Shown here piece by piece: positions 27,853-37,522 of a stretch of DNA of 64,000 bases. The stretch is taken from positions 2,298-66,297 of IMG/VR virus record IMGVR_UViG_3300002741_000002; one strand, written 5' to 3'. Every line of letters starts with the position of its first letter. Within the stretch, counting starts at the first letter, position 1. The position numbers and the translations under genes were made by a program. The stretch is from a virus. Lineage: Duplodnaviria; Caudoviricetes. A model generated the notes under the pieces. That model searched no databases. It was not told the origin of the DNA and saw only the letters and a program-made list of their open reading frames with translations.

Positions 27853-29622
27853 ATGCTCATGCCTGCCGTCGCCACCGATCCGCGCACCGTTGCCCGCAGC
27901 CTGTATTTCCAAGGCTGGAGCGTGACGGCGATCGCCGAGTACATCAGCCAGGCGCGCTCGACGGTGGAATCCTGGAAGCAGCGCGACGGCTGGGCCGGTG
28001 CGAAACCGATCGATCGCGTGGATGCGGTGCTGGAAGCACGCCTCTGCCAGTTGATTGCGAAGGATCACAAGGACGCGCACGACTTCAAGGAGATCGATCT
28101 TTTGATGCGCCAGGTCGCGCAGATCGCGCGCGTGCATCGCTACGAAGCGCCGGGCGGTCATGAAGGCCACCTCAACCCAAAGGTGGCCCACCGCAACGCC
28201 GGTCCGAAAAAGAAGCCGCTCAAGAACGACTACAGCCCCGAGCAGGCGACGCGGCTACATGAAGCCTTCATGGATTCGTTGTTCGCGTATCAGCGCCAGT
28301 GGCACGAAGCCGGGCTTGCGCAGCGCATCCGCAACATCCTGAAATCGCGCCAGATCGGTGCGACCTGGTATTTCGCGCGCGAGGCGCTGGACGATGCGAT
28401 CGTCACAGATCGCAATCAGATTTTCCTGTCGGCCAGCCGCGCGCAGGCCGATGTATTCCGGCAGTACCTCACGCAGTTTGCGAAGGAGGCGGCCGAGATC
28501 GAGCTCAAGGGCGATCCGATCATCCTGCCCAACGATGCGTCGCTGTATTTCCTCGGCACGAACGCGCGCACCGCGCAGAGCTACCACGGCAATCTCTACT
28601 TCGACGAATACTTCTGGGTGTACGGCTTCCAGACGCTGCGCAAAGTTGCTTCGGGCATGGCCATCCACAAGAAGTGGCGGCAGACGTATTTCTCCACGCC
28701 CTCCGCGTTGAGCCATGACGCGTACCCCTTCTGGTCGGGGGCGCTGTTCAACAAGGGTAGGGCGAAAGCCGATCGCATCGAACTCGACATCAGTCATGCG
28801 GGTTTGGTGAATGGTCTGGCGTGTGCGGACGGGCAGTGGCGGCAGATCGTCACCGTGCTGGATGCGATGGCCGGCGGCTGCAACTTGTTCGACATCGACC
28901 AATTACGCCTGGAATACAGTGCCGAGGAATTCCAGCAGCTCCTGATGTGCGAATTCATTGACGACTCGGCGTCGGTGTTTCCGTTTGCCCTGGTGCGGCG
29001 CTGCATGGTCGATAGCTGGGAGGTGTGGGACGACGTGCGTCCCTTTGCGCCGCGCCCGCTCGGCGATACGCCAGTGTCGATTGGCTTCGATCCCTCCAAG
29101 GGGACCAGCGGTGGCGATCCCTCGGGGTGCACGGTGAACGCGCTGCCCACGGCGCAGCGCGACCTGTTTCGGGTGGTGGAGAAGCACCAGTGGCCAGGCC
29201 AAGACTTCGATGCGCAGGCCGGCAACATTAAACGCCTGTGCGATCTCTACCACGTCGCCGACATCGCCATCGACACCACTGGGATGGGCACCGGCGTGTA
29301 TCAGTTGGTGAAGCAATTTTTCCCGATGGCGCGCGCGATCCAGTACTCACCCGAATCCAAGGCGCTGATGGTGATGAAGGCGCAGGACGTGATGGGCAAG
29401 GGACGCCTGGAATGGGACGCCGGCTGGACCGACCTCGCCGCCGCGTTCATGGCCATCCGCAAAACCCTCACGCCCAGCGGGCGGCACGTCACCTATGACG
29501 CCAGCCGCTCGGCCGACGTTGGCCACGCGGATCTTGCCTGGTCGGTGATGCATTCCCTGATTTATGAACCGCTGGAAGGGCGTGCGGCCCACAGCCAGAG
29601 CTTTATGGAGATCTACGGATGA
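27853..29622 (+). CDS. gpP: Terminase ATPase subunit P
   Basis: LKSRQIGATW, FLSASRAQA, FDEYFW, IGFDP, GHADLAW. Confidence 0.95.
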   Translation: MLMPAVATDPRTVARSLYFQGWSVTAIAEYISQARSTVESWKQRDGWAGAKPIDRVDAVLEARLCQLIAKDHKDAHDFKEIDLLMRQVAQIARVHRYEAPGGHEGHLNPKVAHRNAGPKKKPLKNDYSPEQATRLHEAFMDSLFAYQRQWHEAGLAQRIRNILKSRQIGATWYFAREALDDAIVTDRNQIFLSASRAQADVFRQYLTQFAKEAAEIELKGDPIILPNDASLYFLGTNARTAQSYHGNLYFDEYFWVYGFQTLRKVASGMAIHKKWRQTYFSTPSALSHDAYPFWSGALFNKGRAKADRIELDISHAGLVNGLACADGQWRQIVTVLDAMAGGCNLFDIDQLRLEYSAEEFQQLLMCEFIDDSASVFPFALVRRCMVDSWEVWDDVRPFAPRPLGDTPVSIGFDPSKGTSGGDPSGCTVNALPTAQRDLFRVVEKHQWPGQDFDAQAGNIKRLCDLYHVADIAIDTTGMGTGVYQLVKQFFPMARAIQYSPESKALMVMKAQDVMGKGRLEWDAGWTDLAAAFMAIRKTLTPSGRHVTYDASRSADVGHADLAWSVMHSLIYEPLEGRAAHSQSFMEIYG

Positions 29623-30635
29623 GCAAGCGCAAACAAAGACGGCAACAGGGCAGCCAAGCAACGTCACCGACAGCAAAGGCGCACGCCTTCACCTTTGGCG
29701 AACCGGAGCCGATCGACCGTGCCTCACTGCTCGACTACGTGCAGGTGTGGAACAACGGTCGATGGTACGAGCCACCCATCAGCCCGCTGGGCCTGGCCAA
29801 CATGATGCGCGTGGCGCCGCATCACTCGTCGGCGATCTTCATCAAGCGCAACCTGCTGGTGTCGTCGTTCGTGCCGACGAAATACCTGTCGGTGGCCGAC
29901 TTCGAGGCCTTCGCCACGGACTATCTGGTGTTTGCGCATGCGTACCTGGAACGGATCACGGCGATGTCCGGGCGGCTCTTGCAACTGAAGCGCTCGCCGG
30001 CCTTGTTTACACGCGTCGGGGTGAAGGATGAGCGGTGCTGGTTTGTACCGTACAGCGGCGAGGCGTTCCAGTTTGAGAATCCGGTGTGTCAGCTTCTCGC
30101 GCCGGATGTGAGCCAGGAAATCTACGGTGTGCCGGAATACCTGAGCGCGTTGCATTCGGCGCAGCTCAACAAGTCAGCGACGTTGTTTCGTCGCAAGTAC
30201 TACGACAACGGATCACATGCCGGCTTCATTTTGTACATGACGGATACGGCACAGCAGTCGGCCGATATCGATGCGTTGCGCGAAGCGCTGAAAGCCTCGA
30301 AGGGGCCGGGGAATTTTCGGAACCTGTTTATGTATGCGCCGAACGGCAAGAAGGACGGGTTGCAGCTCATCCCGATCAGCGAAGTGGCGGCGAAGGATGA
30401 TTTTGCGTCGATCAAGAACACCAGTCGGGACGATATCCTCGCAGCGCATCGCGTGCCACCGCAGCTGCTTGGCATGATCCCAGTGAATGCTGGTGGGTTT
30501 GGTGATGTGGGGAAAGCCAAGCAAGTATTTATGGAAAATGAGGTTGAACCAATTAAGCTGAAAATGATGGGGCTTAATGCTTCGCTTGGTATCGATGCGT
30601 TTAAATTTAGAGCTATGCCTCGCATGCATAGCTGA
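29619..30635 (+). CDS. gpQ: Portal protein Q (PBSX family)
   Basis: FTFGEPEP, WYEPP, QEIYGVPEY, NGSHAGFI, AAHRVPPQL. Confidence 0.95.
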   Translation: MSKRKQRRQQGSQATSPTAKAHAFTFGEPEPIDRASLLDYVQVWNNGRWYEPPISPLGLANMMRVAPHHSSAIFIKRNLLVSSFVPTKYLSVADFEAFATDYLVFAHAYLERITAMSGRLLQLKRSPALFTRVGVKDERCWFVPYSGEAFQFENPVCQLLAPDVSQEIYGVPEYLSALHSAQLNKSATLFRRKYYDNGSHAGFILYMTDTAQQSADIDALREALKASKGPGNFRNLFMYAPNGKKDGLQLIPISEVAAKDDFASIKNTSRDDILAAHRVPPQLLGMIPVNAGGFGDVGKAKQVFMENEVEPIKLKMMGLNASLGIDAFKFRAMPRMHS

Positions 30636-30668
30636 TTTTTCTATGGCTTTGTAAATGTGAGCTTGGGT

Positions 30669-31131
30669 TTAAGTTGATATTTTTTCTTCGCTAGGAGGAG
30701 CGGCTGGCCGAGGATGTCCGGAGGTCCATAGAACAAATCGTGAAGTAGCTGCATTATCTTTGGGATTTATGTTCAAGTCCTTTCGGATTTCCAGGAATAA
30801 AGTGGTTAGCAGCTGATCATGGCGGTCTGGACTTCGCTGCTTGTTTTTTTATGCTTATCTCTTCCCGATACGCTTGCAGTGCTTTGATGACACGTTGCGG
30901 GGCAATGAGATTTAGGTTGTTGCTTGTTATGGTAAAAGTTTGATGTCCCGTTGGAGTCTCATCGCCTTCTACGATGCCGCTGATACTTCGGACGAAATCC
31001 TTGTAATGTTCAAGCTTTTCTTTCCGAAGTTCCGATTCGCGCTCGCGTAATTTTGTAAAAAAGTAGGTTGCCGCTGTCAGTGCAACTGCTCCAGAGGCCG
31101 TAATTACGGCCGTCGCAATGTCGGCTGCCAT
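30669..31131 (-). pseudogene. N-terminal-TM helical protein interrupted by a 1-nt slip in an A7 tract (plus-strand T7 at 30844-30850)
   Basis: Deleting one A extends the ORF: ...ISIKNKQRSPDRHDQLLTTLFLEIRKDLNINPKD...FVLWTSG..., stop at 30669 (153 aa). Confidence 0.6.
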
Positions 31132-31184
31132 TGTCGCTGCTCCCTCGGGTTTTTCGAAGTAAGAATTTAGGTTGGGCGGGTGAG

Positions 31185-31604
31185 TTACGCAGTGCTACGA
31201 TCAACACCGAGGAGAATCGTCTGTAAATCGACTATTGCGACGTTTGATGAGATTGTGGAGTCGTTACGCATTACAGCAACCATTTGTGTGAAAGCGGCTT
31301 GCTGTCCTTGGTTCCTCATCGTTGCTCCGAGTCGCTCAAAATGCGCAAATGCGGCGATTGCTTCAGGCGATCCATACAGGCAAATTCTGCATTTTGCATC
31401 CGCCGTCCGTGCGCCAAGTTCGTGATCATCACTCGACCTCATTTGATCGGGATTGGCGTGCTCGCTAACGCAATGTAAATAGTCAGTGTACGCCTTGGTT
31501 CTAGCCTCTCGATGCACGCGCAGCCCATCTAAGTGGCGAGAAAAATAGTACTGGAGAGTTGCGCCTAAGATCACGCCTAGAAAGGAAAAGAATGCTGTTC
31601 CCAT
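31185..31604 (-). CDS. N-terminal-TM small helical protein
   Basis: AFFSFLGVILGATLQYYF TM; REARTKAYTDY; CLYGSPEAI; MRND. Confidence 0.65.
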   Translation of the reverse strand: MGTAFFSFLGVILGATLQYYFSRHLDGLRVHREARTKAYTDYLHCVSEHANPDQMRSSDDHELGARTADAKCRICLYGSPEAIAAFAHFERLGATMRNQGQQAAFTQMVAVMRNDSTISSNVAIVDLQTILLGVDRSTA

Positions 31605-31692
31605 CTGAATTTTCCAATGTTTCTGTTTTGGTTTATTCCGGTTTTTTGGGCTGATGGTCTGCGAGCAGTGAGCAATTTTTTATGCTCGTGGC

Positions 31693-33075
31693 TCATTTTA
31701 TTGTTTTTCGCCACATTGAAGCTCTTCCCCTGGTATCTGGAACTTGTTCAAGCTCTCCTGACTTTCTTAAAGCAACAAATACGTCCTTCATTTGAACATC
31801 TCGACGTATCCCCGTAATTTCTCGTCCAATCGCGTTTGTTATCGTTTCATGTGTATCGAGGTAGTCCATGACGATTTGAGCTGGAGACGATAGTCGCTCA
31901 TGCCAAATTTCAACTACTACAGAATTTTCCAGCTCTCGAATTTTTGGCTCCTTAAGCCTTATTTTGCGCATTGCCTCGAAAGCGCTATTTAATCCCTCGC
32001 CTACGTCCTGGTTCGGCGGCTCTGGAAACTTGTTAATCAGGCGAACGATTTTGGGGTTCCGGGCGAACTGGGAGTCAAGAATGTTATCTACGGTGACATG
32101 GCCGGGTAGCTTTCCCGGGCTCTCCACTTCAACCCTGTCGTCATAGATACGTATCTGTGCATCGACCGGTATGCTGTAGTCGCGATGAAGTACCGCATTC
32201 GTTATTACTTCGTGCAAGGTTATGTCCGGATATGAAATTGCCTCGAGACCGTTTTCGCCAAGCTTTTTCACCGACTCTACGATGCGCTTTGTCTCCGATA
32301 CTGCTTCTTTAATCAAGTCGTAGATTGGTCCCTCGATAGTGATTGGGGTAAACGCGAGCGTGTCGCGGTCAACGCCTTCTTCTCTGGTGCGGAACTGGAA
32401 TAGCTTTACTGCGGAACGTTTCGGTAGTGCTGCCTGAGGCTGATCTGAGTAGAGCAAGGTGCCCGCAACGGTTGGCTTGTCGTTTGCGATAAGGAGCTGC
32501 GACCTTAGCCATTTTTCTGGATCTGCTGATGGGATTTCACTCAGCATAAATTCAATGATCGTGATTGAGTTACTTATTTCGTCAATTGGTATTGAGACGG
32601 TCTCGTCTTCAAATGAATTGATGCCTTTGTCTAAGCGAAGTTTTTGAAGCGCTTCTTCGCCTTGAACTGGAATTTTTTGAGCAGACTTCCGAATGTAAAC
32701 GGTGCCGTTGCTGGCAGCTAAGATTTCTCTTGTCTTCCTCACCGTTATTTTTAGTACAAGGCCAGGAAGATCGTCGCACTTCAGAAATTCAGCTCTGTAG
32801 TGATTTCCAAGTGGCGACATAGTCTCAATTGTTTGAATTATTGCGTTTGCCGCCTCTTCGTCAGCAAAGCCATCCCATTCCCTAGTTTTGATCGAATCGA
32901 TGGTGGTTTCCTTTATCCCTATGAAGATTTCTCCACCCGATGCGTTTGCGAAAGCTGACACTGATTGCGTTAGTTTGGCAGGTGCGATTTCTTTGGCTTT
33001 TAGATCCCGAAAGTGGTTTTCTGCAAGGCCAAGAATTGAACCTGCTTCATCCTTTGAAATGGTAGTGAGTTCCAC
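31693..33075 (-). CDS. Schlafen/AlbA_2 domain protein with RecG-C-like (HATPase_c_4) domain and C-terminal wHTH
   Basis: DLKAK...VSAFANASGGEIFIGIKE; EVITNAVLHRDY...IYDDRVEVESPG; start may lie further upstream (33153 or 33234). Confidence 0.82.
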   Translation of the reverse strand: MELTTISKDEAGSILGLAENHFRDLKAKEIAPAKLTQSVSAFANASGGEIFIGIKETTIDSIKTREWDGFADEEAANAIIQTIETMSPLGNHYRAEFLKCDDLPGLVLKITVRKTREILAASNGTVYIRKSAQKIPVQGEEALQKLRLDKGINSFEDETVSIPIDEISNSITIIEFMLSEIPSADPEKWLRSQLLIANDKPTVAGTLLYSDQPQAALPKRSAVKLFQFRTREEGVDRDTLAFTPITIEGPIYDLIKEAVSETKRIVESVKKLGENGLEAISYPDITLHEVITNAVLHRDYSIPVDAQIRIYDDRVEVESPGKLPGHVTVDNILDSQFARNPKIVRLINKFPEPPNQDVGEGLNSAFEAMRKIRLKEPKIRELENSVVVEIWHERLSSPAQIVMDYLDTHETITNAIGREITGIRRDVQMKDVFVALRKSGELEQVPDTRGRASMWRKTIK

Positions 33076-33286
33076 GCAATTGCCTCCCTGTTTAGCCGCC
33101 AAATATCGCGGCATGGATAAGTGATTTCGTGCTGGCCCCTGCTGGTAGGCGAACATTTCGCCGCCTCGGACGAAATTTATTTGCTGCTCCTCTGGGTAAC
33201 AAGCGGGGCCGGGGGCATGGCATGTGGAGAACATTGAATTTCGTTAAGCAATGACCAAATGAGGTTGTTTGCGCCCGGCGCGCGCG

Positions 33287-33305
33287 GTCGTCCCCCCTCC
33301 TCGCC
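33287..33305 (-). other. P2-like cos site
   Basis: Minus-strand GGCGAGGAGGGGGGACGAC matches the P2 19-nt cohesive end GGCGAGGCGGGGAAAGCAC (recalled) at 14/19 positions. Confidence 0.65.
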
Positions 33306-33445
33306 TGCGCGCTTCCCCCCTCGCTTTCGACGCAGGTGACGCAAGACCGAAAACGAGGCCATGGCGAGCCCCAATAGGGTCCGGTACAGGCGCCCCGGTG
33401 ACGCGGTTTGACGCATCAGAGGACGGGGCGCTTCGAGTCTTGGGC

Positions 33446-34399
33446 CTAGTGCCATGCGGCGTCGGCAGCTTCGATGTGCGTGCCGAGGTCGCGCATCAGG
33501 CTACCCAGGAGCGTAATGGCCTGACGAGGCTCCATGGCATTTTTCCGCAGCGCCTCTCCCACGCCTGCCAGCGCATGGGCGGTATCGCCGATACGCAGGG
33601 CGATGTCGCTGCACTTATCGGCCAGCTCATGCCGGTTTTGAGAGAAGACGATATCGGGTGTGGCGCTGACGGGGCCGGTGAGGCGCAGCGGCGTTGCATC
33701 CGCCCTATGCTGGCGGCGGCCATCGTCGCGGAAGACCCAGCACTTCGGGATGCGCCGGCCACGGGAAAACATATCCTCGCGACCGATGAAGGGGTATTGC
33801 AGCGAGGTTTTGAGCAGGCGACTTAGCTTGGAACGTTCGGCGATGGGAAGACCACGTCGCCACGCGGCAAGGATCAGGGTCGTCAGGTGGATCGCGATCA
33901 ATCCCTGGTTGTCGGAATAGTTCACGCGCTCCCCGCGTTCGATGAGTTCCTCGTAGGTGTCCCAGAACTGGGCGACGATCGGGTGCTCGTCCGCGCGGAT
34001 GGGGGAGGGCGGCTGGCCCGTGACCAGGGCATCAAACGCGCGGATCACGGCCAGGTGGAATTTCGGACTGACCCACATGGCATAGGCATAGACCAGTTCC
34101 TTGGTGACATAGGTGCCGGGGGAGGCACCGCCATGAACCAAGGCCACCGGAGCAAACGCCATTTCTGGCGTTTGCTCAGCGACCAAGGCTTGAAAGCCTT
34201 CGGTGCGGGTATAGCGGTTCGGACTGTGGCGCGCTTCGCCACCTGCGACACGATGCAAGTCATTGAGGCAGAAGCGACCGGCGCTATCGCGGCGGATCGT
34301 GGTCTTAAGGATGGTGAGTTCCTGCAAGGGTGTCCTCCATACGGGATAAAGAGCCAGTAAGCCGAAATGACGCCAAGGATGGTCCCGAGGGGAGACCAT
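33446..34399 (-). CDS. KilA-N domain DNA-binding protein
   Basis: IRRDSAGRFCLNDLHR...GTYVTKELVYAYAMWVSPKFHLAVIRAFD; true start uncertain. Confidence 0.82.
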   Translation of the reverse strand: MVSPRDHPWRHFGLLALYPVWRTPLQELTILKTTIRRDSAGRFCLNDLHRVAGGEARHSPNRYTRTEGFQALVAEQTPEMAFAPVALVHGGASPGTYVTKELVYAYAMWVSPKFHLAVIRAFDALVTGQPPSPIRADEHPIVAQFWDTYEELIERGERVNYSDNQGLIAIHLTTLILAAWRRGLPIAERSKLSRLLKTSLQYPFIGREDMFSRGRRIPKCWVFRDDGRRQHRADATPLRLTGPVSATPDIVFSQNRHELADKCSDIALRIGDTAHALAGVGEALRKNAMEPRQAITLLGSLMRDLGTHIEAADAAWH

Positions 34400-34497
34400 C
34401 GCCGGATTCGATTTTGGAAAAGGTGATTTTGGTGACCATGTTGCCGAAAGGCAATCTAAGTCTTTGTTTTAATTTTTAAAATCGGGTTACGGAAAAA

Positions 34498-34697
34498 GGT
34501 AATCTCAAGGTAATAAAAATTACCCTTCTCCGTAAGTGCTTGAATGTAAAGGAAACGGTGGAAGGAAAAAATTACCTTCCAGAAAGGTAATCGAATTACC
34601 TCAAATTACCTTTGGATTACCTTTTTCCGATCTCGCCTAAATCGTTGATTGAGCGAAAGAAATGGGATATTTTGCCGGTGTGGTTACCAAAATTACC
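34498..34697. repeat. Nine GGTAAT/ATTACC hexamers in an AT-rich tract: candidate replication origin
   Basis: Copies start at 34498, 34509, 34519, 34571, 34586, 34595, 34605, 34616, 34692, in both orientations. Confidence 0.7.
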
Positions 34698-34973
34698 TTT
34701 TTCCGACGATGCCAAACATTGGGGCCTATATAGAGGTGGTCCGTCGCTATCGTTCCTGGCTGTCTGCAGTTCCACCTTCTCCATCGTTGCGACCACCTCG
34801 TCCAACTGTGCGTGGATGGCGCGCGTTTGCGTGGTCATCAGCGTGTACAGGTGGTCGGCGTCGACCATGCCGGCGCGCAGTCCTGCAACCATGCCGGCAG
34901 CCAGGCTTTCCAAGGCCGCGACGTGCTGCTGGGCGTGGACGATCAACGTGAGAAGTGTTGCTGCTGTAGTCAT
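34617..34973 (-). CDS. Hypothetical helical protein
   Basis: MTTAATLL... with RBS-like AAGGGA; 3' end runs into the repeat tract. Confidence 0.45.
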   Translation of the reverse strand: MTTAATLLTLIVHAQQHVAALESLAAGMVAGLRAGMVDADHLYTLMTTQTRAIHAQLDEVVATMEKVELQTARNDSDGPPLYRPQCLASSEKGNFGNHTGKISHFFRSINDLGEIGKR

Positions 34974-35163
34974 TCCGGTTATTCCCTTCTGTTCCTCCGG
35001 ATAACATCGTGGCCCACAATGACTAACGCAAGTTTTTTCGTTGGTAGTTTGTGGAGCGAAGTGGATCAACAGTGGCACGTGATTGCCTCGGCTAAGCTGG
35101 TACCAGTTCCTTGAGGGTGGGCAATTCGTTTGCCCATTCGGACGACCGGGGAGGAGAACTGAT

Positions 35164-35523
35164 ATGTCGCCAATGCACGCTTGGCTCAATCATATTTTCG
35201 GTGACCCTACCGTAGCCTTGGTGGTCGGCCTGATGGGTGGTGGGCTGATCGGTTATGCAATTAGCTGGTGGTTTGCGCGAAGCAGCAGCAAGGAACTGCG
35301 CAACCAGGTCAAGACGCTGCGCGCGCATGTTGAACTGCCGGCTCGTATGCTTGAAGCACAAGGGCAAGGTCAAAAAGTGACACTGAATCGAAACGAGGAA
35401 GGGGAGGTTACCGGCTTGGTGCATCACGCGAGTCTGCGCGATGAAATTCAGAGCAGTGTGCAGATACTCGGTGCCACCCTGACAACGGTGAAGCCCGAGG
35501 ACTCGCCACCGAGACCGAAATGA
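35164..35523 (+). CDS. Hypothetical single-TM protein
   Basis: GGAGGAG RBS; VALVVGLMGGGLIGYAISWWF TM. Confidence 0.6.
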   Translation: MSPMHAWLNHIFGDPTVALVVGLMGGGLIGYAISWWFARSSSKELRNQVKTLRAHVELPARMLEAQGQGQKVTLNRNEEGEVTGLVHHASLRDEIQSSVQILGATLTTVKPEDSPPRPK

Positions 35524-35583
35524 AGCTGTTCTTGATCAAGCGCCGTATCACGCGGCGGTGTTGCCTTAACTGCTTATCGAAGA

Positions 35584-35889
35584 TCAATACTGTCGTGCGA
35601 TGAACTGGTCGATATGCGTGTCCTCTGTCATCGCCGCTAAAGCAGCTTCATCATCGATGCCCACGTGGGGCATCGGTTCCAACAAACCGGTGACGTCATA
35701 CACAGACAGCTCTAGCCAATCGAGCTCATCTCCGCGTGGTGCCCCACTCACAGAGCGTTGAAACGGCCCGAGTGTTCCCCATGCGTCGGCTTCCCTGGTT
35801 GCTCGGTTACACGCATCCACTGGGTTTGTGGCGTGGCCTACGAAGACAACGAAACCGGCGGCGTCACAGATTACTCCATATGTACGCAT
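35584..35889 (-). CDS. Hypothetical protein
   Basis: MRTYGVICD... compact acidic ORF. Confidence 0.5.
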   Translation of the reverse strand: MRTYGVICDAAGFVVFVGHATNPVDACNRATREADAWGTLGPFQRSVSGAPRGDELDWLELSVYDVTGLLEPMPHVGIDDEAALAAMTEDTHIDQFIARQY

Positions 35890-36031
35890 GGATTTTCCTC
35901 TTATTTGGTTCTTAGAAAAACTAGACCGTCGACGTGCTTCAAGCTGTATACCCAGATACTTGGTCACGCAGGCTGCGGAATGCTTTGTTGGTTTCTTTAG
36001 CAGGCCTCCGTCGCTGCCCCATGGCTTGCAC

Positions 36032-36520
36032 TCAAGCCATCCAATGCGTATTTCTTCTCGGTGGGGCTGGGCGTTCAACGACCTCACCTGTCTTAAATTG
36101 CTGCTTACACATTGGGCAGTCGATGGTGATGGTTCCGTACTTTCGATTTTTCTGCAGAACAGCCTTCTTGCCGCTGTCAAAGCATGGCTGACATAAATAA
36201 TGCTGTGGCTCGCCAGATGCTTCAGACGCTCGATATACGAAAACACCTGGCGAAAGCTGAAATAATGCATAGCGACCGCGCTCGGCCAGTGCTTCGTTGA
36301 GCTTGCGAATTTCTTCACAAGCTTCGAAGTATTTGCCTTGCAGCTCCGCAAATTGGGCATTGTGTGTGAACAGGTTGTCCTGTGCTTTTAAGAGCTGACC
36401 GTTCATCTCCGATATGATCGAAGCGACCTTATTGAAGTCGCGAAGGCCGATCATCGCTTCGCCAAGTTGCTTAGCATGGGAAAGTGCGGTGAATGCTGTG
36501 CTTATGGAGGCGTAGTCCAT
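36032..36520 (-). CDS. Hypothetical protein with N-terminal coiled coil and C-terminal zinc ribbon
   Basis: HYLCQPCFD...DCPMCKQ. Confidence 0.7.
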   Translation of the reverse strand: MDYASISTAFTALSHAKQLGEAMIGLRDFNKVASIISEMNGQLLKAQDNLFTHNAQFAELQGKYFEACEEIRKLNEALAERGRYALFQLSPGVFVYRASEASGEPQHYLCQPCFDSGKKAVLQKNRKYGTITIDCPMCKQQFKTGEVVERPAPPRRNTHWMA

Positions 36521-36792
36521 GGGTGTTCCTGCATGTGGTCACTTTGGCCTAAATAGCATATCGCTCACGCTTTAGGGGCGTAATAGGGGCGGGATTCCTC
36601 GGCCCTTGCCGGGCGCGAAAAGAATCTTCCACTCGTGCCCGGTGTCGCATACTCGACAGAACGGCTGCGCCGCATAGTCGACGCGGAATAAACCAAGTCA
36701 TCGCTCCAGAAGTGGCTTGCGTCGCCGATAAGAAGTCATCTGCCCGAATGGATACGCTCGTGAACGTGAAATCCCGCAATGCTCGCCTCGAT

Positions 36793-37118
36793 ATGCTCAA
36801 AGACGGGTTGGACCTGGTCAGAAATTACGGCTTCGGGTTGACGGTGCTCAGTTTGTCCTATGCAGTGGGATATGACCATTGGCAGTTAGGCCGCGTCGGA
36901 CCGAAACTCGTGTCGGTTTTGGGAACCCTAATTGCAGTTTTCTATATTGGGGCACCCTTTTCCACTTCTGTGCTAAGCACTGGCCCGAAGGACGGTTGGC
37001 GCAAGCACTCTGGTTGGTTTTCATCTCTTTCACGCTGGTCTTTGGTGGCGAGTTTTGCATCATCATCGTCACCAGATACCAGGAATGGGTCCATGTGAAA
37101 TCTGCGGTCAGCCATTGA
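36793..37118 (+). pseudogene. Small membrane protein, probable 1-nt frameshift near 36960
   Basis: TM segments continue in the adjacent frame (FHFCAKHW...ALWLVFISFTLVFGGEFCIIIV). Confidence 0.35.
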
Positions 37119-37269
37119 TATGACGAACTGCATTGTTGTGGTGCCTTGGAAAACCCCGGCGTACTGGAAGTGGCTCTCTGATAGCTGCTGGAATCGGTGC
37201 ATAAAATTCCCGCGTAACCTATTGATAAAAGGAAGCGCGCGAACCCAATTTGTATAAATTGGCGCAAGC

Positions 37270-37282
37270 TAACTATTTGATT
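37270..37282 (-). promoter_or_regulatory. IHF consensus site beside att
   Basis: AATCAAATAGTTA = WATCAANNNNTTR. Confidence 0.6.
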
Positions 37283-37298
37283 TTTCGACTAAATTTAT

Positions 37299-37347
37299 CT
37301 GACTGTTAATCAGGGGGTCGTTGGTTCGAGTCCAACTTCGGGCGCCA
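37299..37347 (+). repeat. att site: 3' 49 nt of tRNA-Asn(GTT), not a complete tRNA
   Basis: CTGA-CTGTTAA-TCAG anticodon arm, GGTTCGAGTCC T-arm, CCA end; 5' half replaced by AT-rich DNA. Confidence 0.88.
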
Positions 37348-37390
37348 AATTCCAGTTTCATACCGTCCAACGACGTCCAATGAAACCACC

Positions 37391-37417
37391 AAAACCCGCT
37401 AAAAGGCGGGTTTTTTT
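37391..37417. terminator. Rho-independent, possibly bidirectional terminator
   Basis: AAAACCCGC-TAAAAG-GCGGGTTTTTTT. Confidence 0.7.
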
Positions 37418-37459
37418 GTGCCATACCGTCCAATCTCATCCAGTTGCATCCAGCCTTCG

Positions 37460-37522
37460 GTGTGGGTAAAAGTGTGGGTAAAAGGCGCTTACCCACAGAG
37501 GTGGCGTGTCTTTTACCCACAG
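37460..37522. repeat. Integrase arm-type sites GTGTGGGTAAAA (tandem pair plus inverted TTACCCACAG copies)
   Basis: The same GTGGGTAAAA pair recurs at 51422-51446 at the other end of the element. Confidence 0.7.

Larger units (their letters stand above)
7458..37347. mobile_element. P2-like (Peduoviridae-type) prophage 1: structural arm to attR; left end with early genes probably lies upstream of the window
   Basis: P2 gene order D-U-T-E-FII-FI-G-H-I-J-W-V-S-R-lysis-X-L-M-N-O / P-Q, cos-like site, tRNA-Asn 3' repeat at the right end. Confidence 0.92.

Noticed and set aside
37299-37347. Functional tRNA-Asn gene
   Set aside because: The acceptor 5' strand and D-arm are absent; it is only the att duplication
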